From a virus (lineage: Duplodnaviria > Caudoviricetes), in the IMG/VR virus record IMGVR_UViG_3300013132_000051, positions 1 to 63,522 of that record: a stretch of DNA of 63,522 bases, one strand, 5' to 3'. Each line of letters starts with the position of its first letter. Positions within the stretch are counted from its first letter, which is position 1. This document shows, piece by piece, positions 20,999 to 29,558 of the stretch. Under the pieces are notes generated by a model. That model was not told the DNA's origin. It worked only from the letters and a program-made list of their open reading frames with translations, and did not search any database. The translations under genes were made by a program, and so were the position numbers.

Positions 20999-21882
20999 TC
21001 CGCGAAGCCCTACTATCTGAGATGGCAGGGCGGGTCGCGGCTCGTCATGAGATCCGCATCGCAGCGAAGCGGGCTTGCTTTTCAATCAACCGCACCGCCT
21101 CGGCCAACGGCCTCCTAGAGCGGTGCCTCGTCGCGATGGCAGAGGGCGCGCTAGTACCGGAGGACGGCTCCCCGGTACGGACGGCGGGGTTCGCCAACCT
21201 CGCCCGACGGCTCAAGCAGATGGCCGTGATGGTCGGGAAGTTCCCGAAGCTGTGGGAGCGCGTCAAGGAGTTCTTGGGCGTCGAGAGTCTCGCCGACCTC
21301 CCCGGTCGCATCACCGAGCTAGCCAAAGAAGGCTACAAAGCCCTCAAGCGCCTCATCGACAAGGCGTTCTCCGTGTGGCCTCTGAAGCTCTACACGCTCC
21401 CGGAGAGCAAGCTCTTTAGCTTGAACGCTCTCCTAGAGAAGATCGCTGACGCGAGCCCCGCGTTCAAGAATTTCCTTACTGATACCGTGAAGCCCCGCGT
21501 AGACCAGTTCGACGCATGGCTAAAGAAGTACCTCCCGGCTATCTCCAAGGTCGTGATGGTCGCGATTTACGTTTGGATCTGGCTCAACGTCGTCGAGTTT
21601 GAGTGGGATCTGAAGGGCATCATCGACGCCGCTACCGGCACGATCTCGCTTTCAGACTTGCTCACGAGCCTACCGGGGTCGATTCTCGGGGCGTTGATGA
21701 ACTCGCTCGGCCTCGGGACGTTCACGCTCCTACCGGCGGCGTATGCCGTGCGGTTGGCGCTCGTTATCTCCCGCCGCTACGTCACTTGGACGGGGAGCGG
21801 GTTCTCGTTCGACGCTGAGAAGCTCCGGGAGGACTTCAAGTTCAGCCCTGCCGTTGAAGAGCTTATCCCCGCGAAAGTTTGA
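20995..21882 (+). CDS. hypothetical helical protein with hydrophobic C-terminal segments
   Basis: GTGA coupling; VVMVAIYVWIWLNVV and ILGALMNSLGLGTFTLLPAAYAV hydrophobic stretches. Confidence 0.7.
   Translation: MIREALLSEMAGRVAARHEIRIAAKRACFSINRTASANGLLERCLVAMAEGALVPEDGSPVRTAGFANLARRLKQMAVMVGKFPKLWERVKEFLGVESLADLPGRITELAKEGYKALKRLIDKAFSVWPLKLYTLPESKLFSLNALLEKIADASPAFKNFLTDTVKPRVDQFDAWLKKYLPAISKVVMVAIYVWIWLNVVEFEWDLKGIIDAATGTISLSDLLTSLPGSILGALMNSLGLGTFTLLPAAYAVRLALVISRRYVTWTGSGFSFDAEKLREDFKFSPAVEELIPAKV
21846..21878 (+). repeat. 33-bp direct repeat, copy 1 (contains late-type motif)
   Basis: CCCTGCCGTTGAAGAGCTTATCCCCGCGAAAGT identical to 23983-24015. Confidence 0.9.
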
Positions 21883-21886
21883 GACT

Positions 21887-23965
21887 ATGGACGAACTAAG
21901 ACTCCAGACGATGCGACTCGCCTATAAGAATCCGTCGCTCCGGTCGCGGTTGATTCCGTTGCTGAAAGCCGCCGCCGAAGAGAGTCTCGTTGACGCTCCC
22001 GACACGGTATCCGCAGGCATCGAGCGCCAGGTCCGGTCGAAGCTCGGTCCGCAGGCTCTGGGCTTGATCAACCTCTATCAACAAGTCCGTCTCATGCACG
22101 ACGGAGCGCCCGGACCCGACGAAGGTCTCGCCCAGGCCTTCCGGACGGAGACAAAACTGTTTGCGCGGTCGATGATGCGAAAGCTCGACGGTCCGGTCGC
22201 CGCTCCCGCTGCTGAGACGCTCCTAAACCAGATTCAGAGCCTCAAGCCCCTCCTCCAGAAAGTCGAGCGGGGTTCCAGTACTGCCGTCTATCGGTTTCTC
22301 GGCCCACGTCTCGCCCAAGCAATCGCGGGCGCTCTCCAGGCCTCCGACATTGGAGTCGCGCTCCGACCTAGCCCGGACCAGGTCAAGTGGCCTATTCTAA
22401 AGATCACGAGCGCACCCGATCCGATCGGCGAGAAGACCTACTTCACTGAGGAAGAGATCGACCGACTGCCGGAAGCGGGTGCGGTAAACCAGCCTGGAAG
22501 CAAAGACAAGTTCGCTCTCAAAGCCCAAGCCGACGAGGCCCACGAGCAACAGCTCGACTGGCTAAACCGGGGCCGGGGTATCGACGCAGCTATCGGGGCT
22601 CAGGTCCTTCGCGGGGACCAGGGAGCTATTCCTGCGGATGACAAGGTCGATAGAACTCCTGATGGCAGATTCCAGACGAAGGACAAAGACGGGAGACCTC
22701 GTACCTTCAACTCCAAGGAGGAAGCTGACTTCTTCGCTGAGGGCGTTGGTAACGAGAAGCGCGCTGAGTATTTCAGCAACCTCCCTGAAGGACCGATTGT
22801 CCTAATCGGACCGAAGAAGGCGATTACGGGACGGGCCCAGGAGAAAGTAGACGCGAAGTACGGCGGGGACTGGTCGAAGCTCAAAGACTTCGTTCGCGCC
22901 TCCATCATCGTAGACCGGATCGACCAACTCGACGACCTGATGAAGAAGCTCCGGGCGTCTGGGCTAAAGCTCGCGGCGAAGCCTGATGACCGCTTCTCCA
23001 AACCGACCGAAGCTGGGTACCGAGACCTGTCGATGAACGTCGTGTACCCGAACGGTCACGTCGGTGAGCTCCAGATTCACCTCAAGCCGATGATCCAGGC
23101 GAAGGAGGGTTTCGGAGGCCACAAGCTCTACGAGAAGACCCGCAAGTTCTCAACCCAGGCTAAGAAAGAGGGTCGTTCGACGGTGACTCTTCAAGAGCAG
23201 ATCCTCATCAATGACCTGAACGACAAGCAGAAACAGCTCTACGGCGCTGCCTGGAGAGAGATCCAGGGCGAAAAGGGCGCTCTCCGGAACTACGTCGAAT
23301 CTGGGGGCATGGGAAAGCTATCTTTCGCCAGCCAGACCGTTCAGAACAAAGTCCAATACTTCCGGTATGACGGCGAGGCCGCTTACTGGGAGCGGGGGAA
23401 GTTCCCTATCGTGATCACCGACCGGGGGGAGCAGGTCGAATACAACCTCAAGAAATTCTTTACCAAAGCGATCAGCCTCACGAAGGATGAGTACGCGAAG
23501 CTCCGAAAGTCCCGCAACGCCAGCTCTTCTGGAGACTCTGACATGACCCTCCGTTCCAAGCTGATTCGTCTCGCCCACGAGAACCCGTCTCTCCGGGGGG
23601 AGATTCTTCCCCTGCTGAAGTCAGCTGCTTCCGGTCTGAGTCCAGAGGAGTTCCGTAACGCTTGGACAGCGTTGGAGAAGCTCGCTGATGAAGCCAGGCT
23701 CCCTAACCAAGTCAAAAGAAGACTCGATAGCTTCCTACACGGGAACCCGCAAATCGTTGAGCTACCTGACGGGCTCGACTCGCTTCTCAAGTACCTCCGA
23801 ATCGAGGTTAGTTGGTCCAGTCAATGGGACCACGCGGTCTTGAGTTGGGTCTGGACCACACCTGACAACAAGCCCAACACTCGGGTCATCGGCGAGATCG
23901 GAAATCCCAGCCCTGGTCAATGGTACTGGAAGGTCGCCTCCGGCGGGGGATCTCGGTACGTCTGA
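21887..23965 (+). CDS. leader-peptide polyprotein with RelA/SpoT-like (small alarmone synthetase-type) nucleotidyltransferase domain
   Basis: GPKK..GRAQEK, KLKDFVRASI, DRF.KPTEAGYRDL, GELQI and H.LYE motifs; leader at the N-terminus (ATG 21887) and again in frame at 23543. Confidence 0.75.
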   Translation: MDELRLQTMRLAYKNPSLRSRLIPLLKAAAEESLVDAPDTVSAGIERQVRSKLGPQALGLINLYQQVRLMHDGAPGPDEGLAQAFRTETKLFARSMMRKLDGPVAAPAAETLLNQIQSLKPLLQKVERGSSTAVYRFLGPRLAQAIAGALQASDIGVALRPSPDQVKWPILKITSAPDPIGEKTYFTEEEIDRLPEAGAVNQPGSKDKFALKAQADEAHEQQLDWLNRGRGIDAAIGAQVLRGDQGAIPADDKVDRTPDGRFQTKDKDGRPRTFNSKEEADFFAEGVGNEKRAEYFSNLPEGPIVLIGPKKAITGRAQEKVDAKYGGDWSKLKDFVRASIIVDRIDQLDDLMKKLRASGLKLAAKPDDRFSKPTEAGYRDLSMNVVYPNGHVGELQIHLKPMIQAKEGFGGHKLYEKTRKFSTQAKKEGRSTVTLQEQILINDLNDKQKQLYGAAWREIQGEKGALRNYVESGGMGKLSFASQTVQNKVQYFRYDGEAAYWERGKFPIVITDRGEQVEYNLKKFFTKAISLTKDEYAKLRKSRNASSSGDSDMTLRSKLIRLAHENPSLRGEILPLLKSAASGLSPEEFRNAWTALEKLADEARLPNQVKRRLDSFLHGNPQIVELPDGLDSLLKYLRIEVSWSSQWDHAVLSWVWTTPDNKPNTRVIGEIGNPSPGQWYWKVASGGGSRYV

Positions 23966-23982
23966 TCAGGCTATTCGCGGTA

Positions 23983-24015
23983 CCCTGCCGTTGAAGAGCT
24001 TATCCCCGCGAAAGT
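23983..24015 (+). repeat. 33-bp direct repeat, copy 2
   Basis: identical to 21846-21878; lies 16 nt before ATG 24032. Confidence 0.9.
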
Positions 24016-24031
24016 GTAGGAGTACGCGACC

Positions 24032-24466
24032 ATGACCCTCCGTTCCAATCTCATCCGCCTCGCCCACGCGAACCCGTCTCTCCGGAAAGACTTGCTCCCC
24101 CTTCTGAAGTCGGCGGGTAAGGGTCCGAACCAGAAAGACATCGAGTACGCGATTGTCGCGTTCGACGGGCTTTTCCACAGCGCGAAGATTCCGGGTGGTC
24201 TAGAAACTCGGTGGTTAGGAAACGGGAAGGACGTTGTCAACGGCGGGATTTTCGATCTCCCGGTTCCTAGAGGGTTTGAGTCCCTATTCAAGAGCATCTC
24301 AGTCGAAGTCCGATGGGTAAATCCGGAGTACGCCCGCGTGAGTTGGAAATACACCCACCCGAATGGCGGTCACAACGGATCCGAGATCGGCGAAATCGGG
24401 CGAGATCCGAAAAACGGAAAGTGGTACTGGAAGAACAACGCGCACGGGGGGCAAAGTTACGTTTGA
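24032..24466 (+). CDS. leader-peptide protein, paralog of the 23543-23965 domain
   Basis: MTLRSNLIRLAHANPSLRKDLLPLLKSA; shares EV.W, SW..T.P, IGEIG, WYWK and terminal GG.SYV/SRYV; SD AGGAG. Confidence 0.85.
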   Translation: MTLRSNLIRLAHANPSLRKDLLPLLKSAGKGPNQKDIEYAIVAFDGLFHSAKIPGGLETRWLGNGKDVVNGGIFDLPVPRGFESLFKSISVEVRWVNPEYARVSWKYTHPNGGHNGSEIGEIGRDPKNGKWYWKNNAHGGQSYV

Positions 24467-24469
24467 CCG

Positions 24470-25705
24470 TTACTCGCGGACCGCGTAGACGCGCCGCTCA
24501 GTAGGCTCCTTCGCGCCGCCGACCCAGAGGGGCGGGATCCACTTGAGGGTCCTGCCCCTTTCGCTTGCGACGATGACCTCACCCTCCCGCTTTCGGGGGC
24601 CGACGAGGAACGTGTGCCAATGGCCCCGGCGAACGTGCCCGGAGACCGTGCGACCGGACGACTCGGTGAGGTCATGCTCGCCGCCGACCTCTTGCTCGAT
24701 GGTCGGGCCGACCCACACGAGGCGGCACTTGGTGAGGTCATCGAGCTTCCGCTTGGCGAGGCGAGCATCCTTCTTGTTGGGGTTCTTGAAGCCCGCGATC
24801 TTCTTTCGGAGGCGGGCGCGCTCGCTCTCGGTGGTTTCTGGGTCAGACAGGTCCGCGCCCGTCGAGTTCATGTAGAGGACCGTGTTGACGGCGATCCGCA
24901 TGAGCTTCCGGGCCGTCTGACGCACGCGCTCGATGCGGTCCCTCGGGGAATTATCTAGCCCCATGCCGATGTCACTCGCCTCGGAAGCTCGGTTCGCCAA
25001 GAGCTTGTCGAGAGCCTTGTCGAGATTGATGCGCCGGAGCGCGTCCGGGTCTGCCGCGTGAACGGCCTCTAGCTCGTTCGCTACAGCGGCACTCTCGCTC
25101 TCGATGGTCGTGATGGTCTGGCGGACGTACTTGGGGTCGAGCGACTTCTCAAACGACTGTTCAAACGTCGTCTCAGAGTGGTGGTCGAGGTCGATCCTGA
25201 ACCAAAACGTCGCGTCGTCCGTAGGGACGATGCTCTTCTCATTTGCCTCGGCCCAAGCGAGGACGCTGAGGGCGCTGACATCGCGGTGGGTCTCCATGAC
25301 GACGTACATCCCGACGACGCGGTGCCACCCCGTCCGAGTGCCACCCCATAGTACGAGGTCTTCGCTCTCAGGCGTCGCGAGGTAGAAGCACGGATACGGG
25401 AGCCGCACCATGTCGAGCGGGACGTTGGCGAGGCTCGTGTTGGCGAAGGCCGCTTGCATCCGGGGGCCGACGCAGATGACTTGCTGGTGGTGAAGCTCAT
25501 ACAAGAGCATCGCCCGCGTCATCGTGTACGTCGTGCCGAAGAACTCGGCCATGTTCGCCATGCCGCATTCCTCGCCGGTCTCGTCGCGGATGATGGCGAG
25601 CTTGCGCTCCGGCGGGAACGCGAGGATCTGCCGGACCATGTCCATGTTCGGCGCGGTCCGCAGGAAATCGAAGTGGACCTTGGGCGGGGGGAGCTTGGAG
25701 GTCAT
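24470..25705 (-). CDS. hypothetical phage protein with C-terminal HxRRGHW motif
   Basis: 411 aa; GHVRRGHWH...KWIPPLWVG tail recurrent in phage proteins of unknown function. Confidence 0.8.
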   Translation of the reverse strand: MTSKLPPPKVHFDFLRTAPNMDMVRQILAFPPERKLAIIRDETGEECGMANMAEFFGTTYTMTRAMLLYELHHQQVICVGPRMQAAFANTSLANVPLDMVRLPYPCFYLATPESEDLVLWGGTRTGWHRVVGMYVVMETHRDVSALSVLAWAEANEKSIVPTDDATFWFRIDLDHHSETTFEQSFEKSLDPKYVRQTITTIESESAAVANELEAVHAADPDALRRINLDKALDKLLANRASEASDIGMGLDNSPRDRIERVRQTARKLMRIAVNTVLYMNSTGADLSDPETTESERARLRKKIAGFKNPNKKDARLAKRKLDDLTKCRLVWVGPTIEQEVGGEHDLTESSGRTVSGHVRRGHWHTFLVGPRKREGEVIVASERGRTLKWIPPLWVGGAKEPTERRVYAVRE

Positions 25706-25755
25706 ACCCCTAGCTTACGCTTTCCGCGTTCTTTCCTATCGAAAGTAGAGAGGGT
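25706..25755. promoter_or_regulatory. 50-bp divergent promoter region
   Basis: GCGTAA on the minus strand (25715-25720) 9 nt from ATG 25705; CGTT-N5-CTATC on the plus strand (25727-25740). Confidence 0.55.
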
Positions 25756-26367
25756 ATGACCCCCGGCACGCACAAGCTCCCGCCGCTCCCCTACGAGTAC
25801 AACGCGCTAGAGCCGTTCCTCAGCGAGAAGCTGATGCGGCTTCATCACGACAAGCACCACGCCGCTTACGTCGAGGGGCTCAACGAGGCCGAGCTAGCTC
25901 TCGCGGCGGCGCGGGACTCGGGCGACACCCTGCTCGTGCCCTATTGGGAGTCGCGTCGGGCGTTCAACGAGGGCGGGCACGTCCTGCACTCGATCTTCTG
26001 GCGGGGCATGACCCCGGTCGGAGGCGGGGGCGAGCCGGGGGGCCTCCTCGGGGCGCTCATCGAGCGCGACTTCGGCGGCTACGAGAAGTTCCGCGCTGAG
26101 TTCACCGCCGCCGCGAAGGGCGTCGAGGGCTCCGGGTGGGCGATGCTCTTCTGGAAGCGGGGGATGTCGGGCGACCACCTAGAGATCGCCGCCGTCCTCA
26201 ACCACGAGAACCAAGCCCTGTGGCAAGGCGAGGTCGTGCTCGTCTGCGACGTATGGGAACACGCCTACTATCTGGACTACCTGAACGAGCGGGCCGAGTG
26301 GGTGGACGTGTTCCTCGACAACCTAGTTGATTGGGAACAGGCCGCTTCCCGTCTCCTCCGCCGCTAG
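25756..26367 (+). CDS. sod: Fe/Mn superoxide dismutase
   Basis: LPPLPYEYNALEP, HHDKHHAAYV, FNEGGH.LHSIFW, GSGW and DVWEHAYY signature; all four metal ligands present. Confidence 0.97.
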   Translation: MTPGTHKLPPLPYEYNALEPFLSEKLMRLHHDKHHAAYVEGLNEAELALAAARDSGDTLLVPYWESRRAFNEGGHVLHSIFWRGMTPVGGGGEPGGLLGALIERDFGGYEKFRAEFTAAAKGVEGSGWAMLFWKRGMSGDHLEIAAVLNHENQALWQGEVVLVCDVWEHAYYLDYLNERAEWVDVFLDNLVDWEQAASRLLRR

Positions 26368-26472
26368 TACGGGTATCCCGTCAAAGTAACGAGCCGGTGG
26401 GCGGTTTCTGTTGCTTCCCGTCCTTCACGCCCGACCGAAGCAGAGCAGCGTCAGGTCGAGCGACGGCTCTAT

Positions 26473-27123
26473 TTAGAATCTGCTGCTTCTAGGGTATCCC
26501 AGATACCGTAGAGACCTAACGTAGTCATCGTATTGAGCATCTTCATATGCTGTTTCTTTCATTATGTCAATATACTCATTGATAGACTTATGACGATCCT
26601 CGAAGGGGAAATCCTTAAAGATTATTGGGTTGGGAACGTCAACAAATACATTAAACGCCGTCTGATCTAGTTCGTCTGCGGCGTCTCTGGCACTCACGCC
26701 GGTTTTCTCAGCGGCCTCAATGTATTTGAAAATGAGACTCTTGATGCGGGGGGCTTCCATCATAAAATTGATAGTGCCACTATTCATCCTCACGTTGAAA
26801 GGGTCTTTCCTCTTTTCATAGAGATACTGCATATATTCCCCGCTAATCCCCAACTCCCCGTCTTGGGTACGCGGGAGGTCATCAATTTCAGAATTTTCAA
26901 GAATCTCTAGCGACAAAGCTACCAAGTAGGGTTCCCAATCAGTCTTCCGAACCTCACCAAGGATTTGATTGAACAGGCGGTTTGCCTCTGGGTTATCGAG
27001 AAGCCACTTGTGAGGCTTACCGGCAACCCGAGAGGCGCTCTCCTTGAGCAGCGGCAAGAGGGCCGGACGGAGGTCGGGGCGGGAGTGGGCGAGCCGGATG
27101 ATGCGGGACCGGAGGTCGGACAT
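26473..27123 (-). CDS. leader-peptide protein with AT-rich cargo region
   Basis: ATG 27123 gives MSDLRSRIIRLAHSRPDLRPALLPLLKESASRVA; downstream coding region is markedly AT-rich. Confidence 0.8.
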   Translation of the reverse strand: MSDLRSRIIRLAHSRPDLRPALLPLLKESASRVAGKPHKWLLDNPEANRLFNQILGEVRKTDWEPYLVALSLEILENSEIDDLPRTQDGELGISGEYMQYLYEKRKDPFNVRMNSGTINFMMEAPRIKSLIFKYIEAAEKTGVSARDAADELDQTAFNVFVDVPNPIIFKDFPFEDRHKSINEYIDIMKETAYEDAQYDDYVRSLRYLGYPRSSRF

Positions 27124-27164
27124 AACTTTGCCTTTCGATAAGGAAGATAACCCGCCCCTCGGAG

Positions 27165-27410
27165 CTACTTCAGCGGGCCGTTGCGAAGCCCGTCGCACTC
27201 GCACTCGCGTAGCACGATGTCCACGCCTCGCCCGGTCGCTAGGCACCGGGGGCACGGGACGTAATCGTACCTGTCCCGTGCCAACGCGAACCGCCAATAC
27301 ACCCGCTTCACGGCGAACGGTAGCGCCTGAGCCCCGATGAACCACACGCGGCAACACGCCGGGATCCCCGAGTGCTTCCCGCAAACCCAATCGTAGCGGG
27401 CGTACCTCAA
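27165..27410 (-). CDS. small Cys-rich hypothetical protein
   Basis: TTGA coupling with the MTase stop; GIPACC...YVPCPRC. Confidence 0.6.
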   Translation of the reverse strand: MRYARYDWVCGKHSGIPACCRVWFIGAQALPFAVKRVYWRFALARDRYDYVPCPRCLATGRGVDIVLRECECDGLRNGPLK

Positions 27411-28012
27411 AACAAGTCGAGGACCGTCGGCTCCTCGTCTCCTAGCTGGTTGCCGAAGCGGTCCCAACCCTCGGCGGGCGCTCCGCGAGCGAACATCTCT
27501 AGTCTCCGCACTGGACCGTAGAGGCGTCCGATGCGGGAGCGGACCTCAACCGGCTTCGCGCTGTGTTCCCCGCGAGGCGAGAACACCGTCTGCTGAACAG
27601 TCTCGTCTAATAGGGGCAGGGGCCTCCCCCTCGCCTCAGTCGAACCCGCGATGACTAGCTCGACTAGCGGCTTCACCACCGAAGGGCGCACGCCTTGGGC
27701 TCCGATGGGGGTTCCATCGCTCCGAGTCTTGACCCAGACGAAGGGCACCCCTCGGAAGTGGAACCCCCACGCCCGCAGTAGGTCGATAGCCGCGTCGAGG
27801 CGGGGGCACGTCGCCCACATGAAGACGACGGCTCGGTCGGCGCACTTGCGGCGGACGGGCAACGCCATCAACGCCGCGTCGTCCATGAGCGAGTAGTGCT
27901 TGCCCGCCGCCGCCATCTTGTCCTCGGCCCCGTAATAGAGCCACGGCGGATCCGTGTAGACGATCTGATATGAGGCGTCCGGCACCGCGCTGAAGTCGGC
28001 GTAGTCGGTCAC
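27407..28012 (-). CDS. MT-A70 family N6-adenine methyltransferase
   Basis: DPPW catalytic motif, FMWAT, FVWVK, HSAKP, LEMFAR. Confidence 0.92.
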   Translation of the reverse strand: MTDYADFSAVPDASYQIVYTDPPWLYYGAEDKMAAAGKHYSLMDDAALMALPVRRKCADRAVVFMWATCPRLDAAIDLLRAWGFHFRGVPFVWVKTRSDGTPIGAQGVRPSVVKPLVELVIAGSTEARGRPLPLLDETVQQTVFSPRGEHSAKPVEVRSRIGRLYGPVRRLEMFARGAPAEGWDRFGNQLGDEEPTVLDLF

Positions 28013-28017
28013 GGAGT

Positions 28018-28650
28018 TCAGCGCATCTGGTGGGGTGCTCGTCGCCCTAGAGCAGCCCGCTTGCCGAGACCGTCAGCGGGGAAGCCGAGCATCGCCCCCC
28101 ACGAGTAGAACATCTGCTCCCAAGTACCACGGCTTACCCGTTGGGCGAGCAGGCCCGATGCTACTTCTAGCTGGGGGCGCGAGGGCTTCGGTAGAGAGCC
28201 GCCCCAATCCGTGTACCCGAAGCGGTCATCGAAGAAGTGCTGCTTCTCGCACGCGAGCGCGAGGAGGTCATACACCCGCACCTCGGCAGTACGCGGATCC
28301 TCGACCCCCATCGCCCGGAGGAACGCCGCTTGGAACTTGTCCTCGTAAGTCTGCCACGCTGGTCCGACGACGCGCCGCACGGGAGAGATCACGTCCCCGA
28401 CGTAGGCTTCGTGCCCGTCGTGCATGAACACGGCCCGGACGGTATCGCGGGGCTGGCCGTCAGCGGTAGCGAGGCTCGCCGCGAGAATCGAATGAGCGGC
28501 GACCGACCAATCGACTGCGCCGTTGTATCGGGCTTGCCGTGAGAGGTGGGTCGCTACGTCCCGCAACGAGAACACCCCCGGATCGAACTCCGGGGCGTCC
28601 GGGTCGAGGACGACCTTCCGGCCCGAAGCCGTGAGCGTCCAAGGCGTCAA
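28018..28650 (-). CDS. HD-domain phosphohydrolase (YfbR/5'-deoxynucleotidase-like)
   Basis: T.SGR, LSRQARYNG, SVAAHS, HDGHEAYVGD..SP, D..AL..E; TTGA coupling at 28647-28650. Confidence 0.85.
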   Translation of the reverse strand: MTPWTLTASGRKVVLDPDAPEFDPGVFSLRDVATHLSRQARYNGAVDWSVAAHSILAASLATADGQPRDTVRAVFMHDGHEAYVGDVISPVRRVVGPAWQTYEDKFQAAFLRAMGVEDPRTAEVRVYDLLALACEKQHFFDDRFGYTDWGGSLPKPSRPQLEVASGLLAQRVSRGTWEQMFYSWGAMLGFPADGLGKRAALGRRAPHQMR

Positions 28651-28850
28651 GCTCGACCCGCCATCATCTTGCCGAGCGCCGTCTCGCCCTCGTCGGTACA
28701 CGAGAACATCGACGGGTCCGCCGGATTGTGCGCGAGCAAACCACGCTTCACGAGCCGGTGGGCGAGCTTCTGGTCCTCGCCGAGCCACTCGGTGGGGCGC
28801 TTCTTCGGGGAGAGCATCAGGATACCAATCTCGACGGGCTTCAGGCTCAC
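28647..28850 (-). CDS. hypothetical protein (possible winged-helix fragment)
   Basis: 67 aa in a coupled operon; RLVKRGLL...TDEG. Confidence 0.6.
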   Translation of the reverse strand: MSLKPVEIGILMLSPKKRPTEWLGEDQKLAHRLVKRGLLAHNPADPSMFSCTDEGETALGKMMAGRA

Positions 28851-28857
28851 GGTCTAT

Positions 28858-29130
28858 TCACTCCTTCGGTTTTCTAGGGGGTCGCGGGAATCTCGATGTC
28901 GGGTATCCCAACGATGCTGGTGGGAGAGCGAGTACGGGAGCTTTTGGCTCTACAGGGGCTTCTGGGGAGCCATGCACGGGGCACTCGGCGTTGTGGACGT
29001 AGCCGTACTTCTCGGCGTTGCCCCAATACCCGCGCCCGTAGTGGTTGTCCATCACCGGACAGGCGCAACCCTCGCGCTGAGCCTCCGGGCTTCCGGGTCG
29101 CAGACCGTACCGGAGGGGGTGCTCACTCAT
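28858..29130 (-). CDS. small Cys/His hypothetical protein
   Basis: GSPEA..GCACPVMDN.YGRG...CPVH. Confidence 0.7.
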   Translation of the reverse strand: MSEHPLRYGLRPGSPEAQREGCACPVMDNHYGRGYWGNAEKYGYVHNAECPVHGSPEAPVEPKAPVLALPPASLGYPTSRFPRPPRKPKE

Positions 29131-29503
29131 GGGAGAACGCCTCTTCGATGAAGACCCGACGGGACGCCTCGTCCGGGAGTAGCTGCTTGAAGATGCACCC
29201 GAACTTCTCGCCGAGGTAGCGGGCTTGGAAGTCCGGCACCCGGAACTGCGTCTCGCAATGCCGGTTCACCAAAGGGAACTCGATGCCCTGAGCGAGCATC
29301 CGCTCGCACATATTGATGAACTCGGCTTGCACGCCGCAGAACTCGATGAAGGCGTGGGGCACTCCGCCGTGGAACACCTCCCCGTAGAACCGCTGGTTGA
29401 TGTCCCGCATCGAGCGGATCATCGCCCGCATCTCCCCAAGCGTGTACTGATGGCCGGGGAGCCGCGTATCGTCCGGTAGCTGGGCCACGTCGAGGTCGTC
29501 CAT
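29123..29503 (-). CDS. hypothetical protein
   Basis: ATG 29503 (MDDLDVAQ) 8 nt after a GCGTAA motif; HAFIEFCG...YLGEKFGCIF. Confidence 0.7.
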   Translation of the reverse strand: MDDLDVAQLPDDTRLPGHQYTLGEMRAMIRSMRDINQRFYGEVFHGGVPHAFIEFCGVQAEFINMCERMLAQGIEFPLVNRHCETQFRVPDFQARYLGEKFGCIFKQLLPDEASRRVFIEEAFSHE

Positions 29504-29558
29504 GATGTACGTTACGCCTTCGCGGTTTTCTTTATAGGGGCGCGAAGCTAGTAGGCTC

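Noticed and set aside
26368-26472. Ribozyme or ncRNA between SOD and the AT-rich gene
   Set aside because: No hammerhead or twister core and no convincing stems were found by eye.
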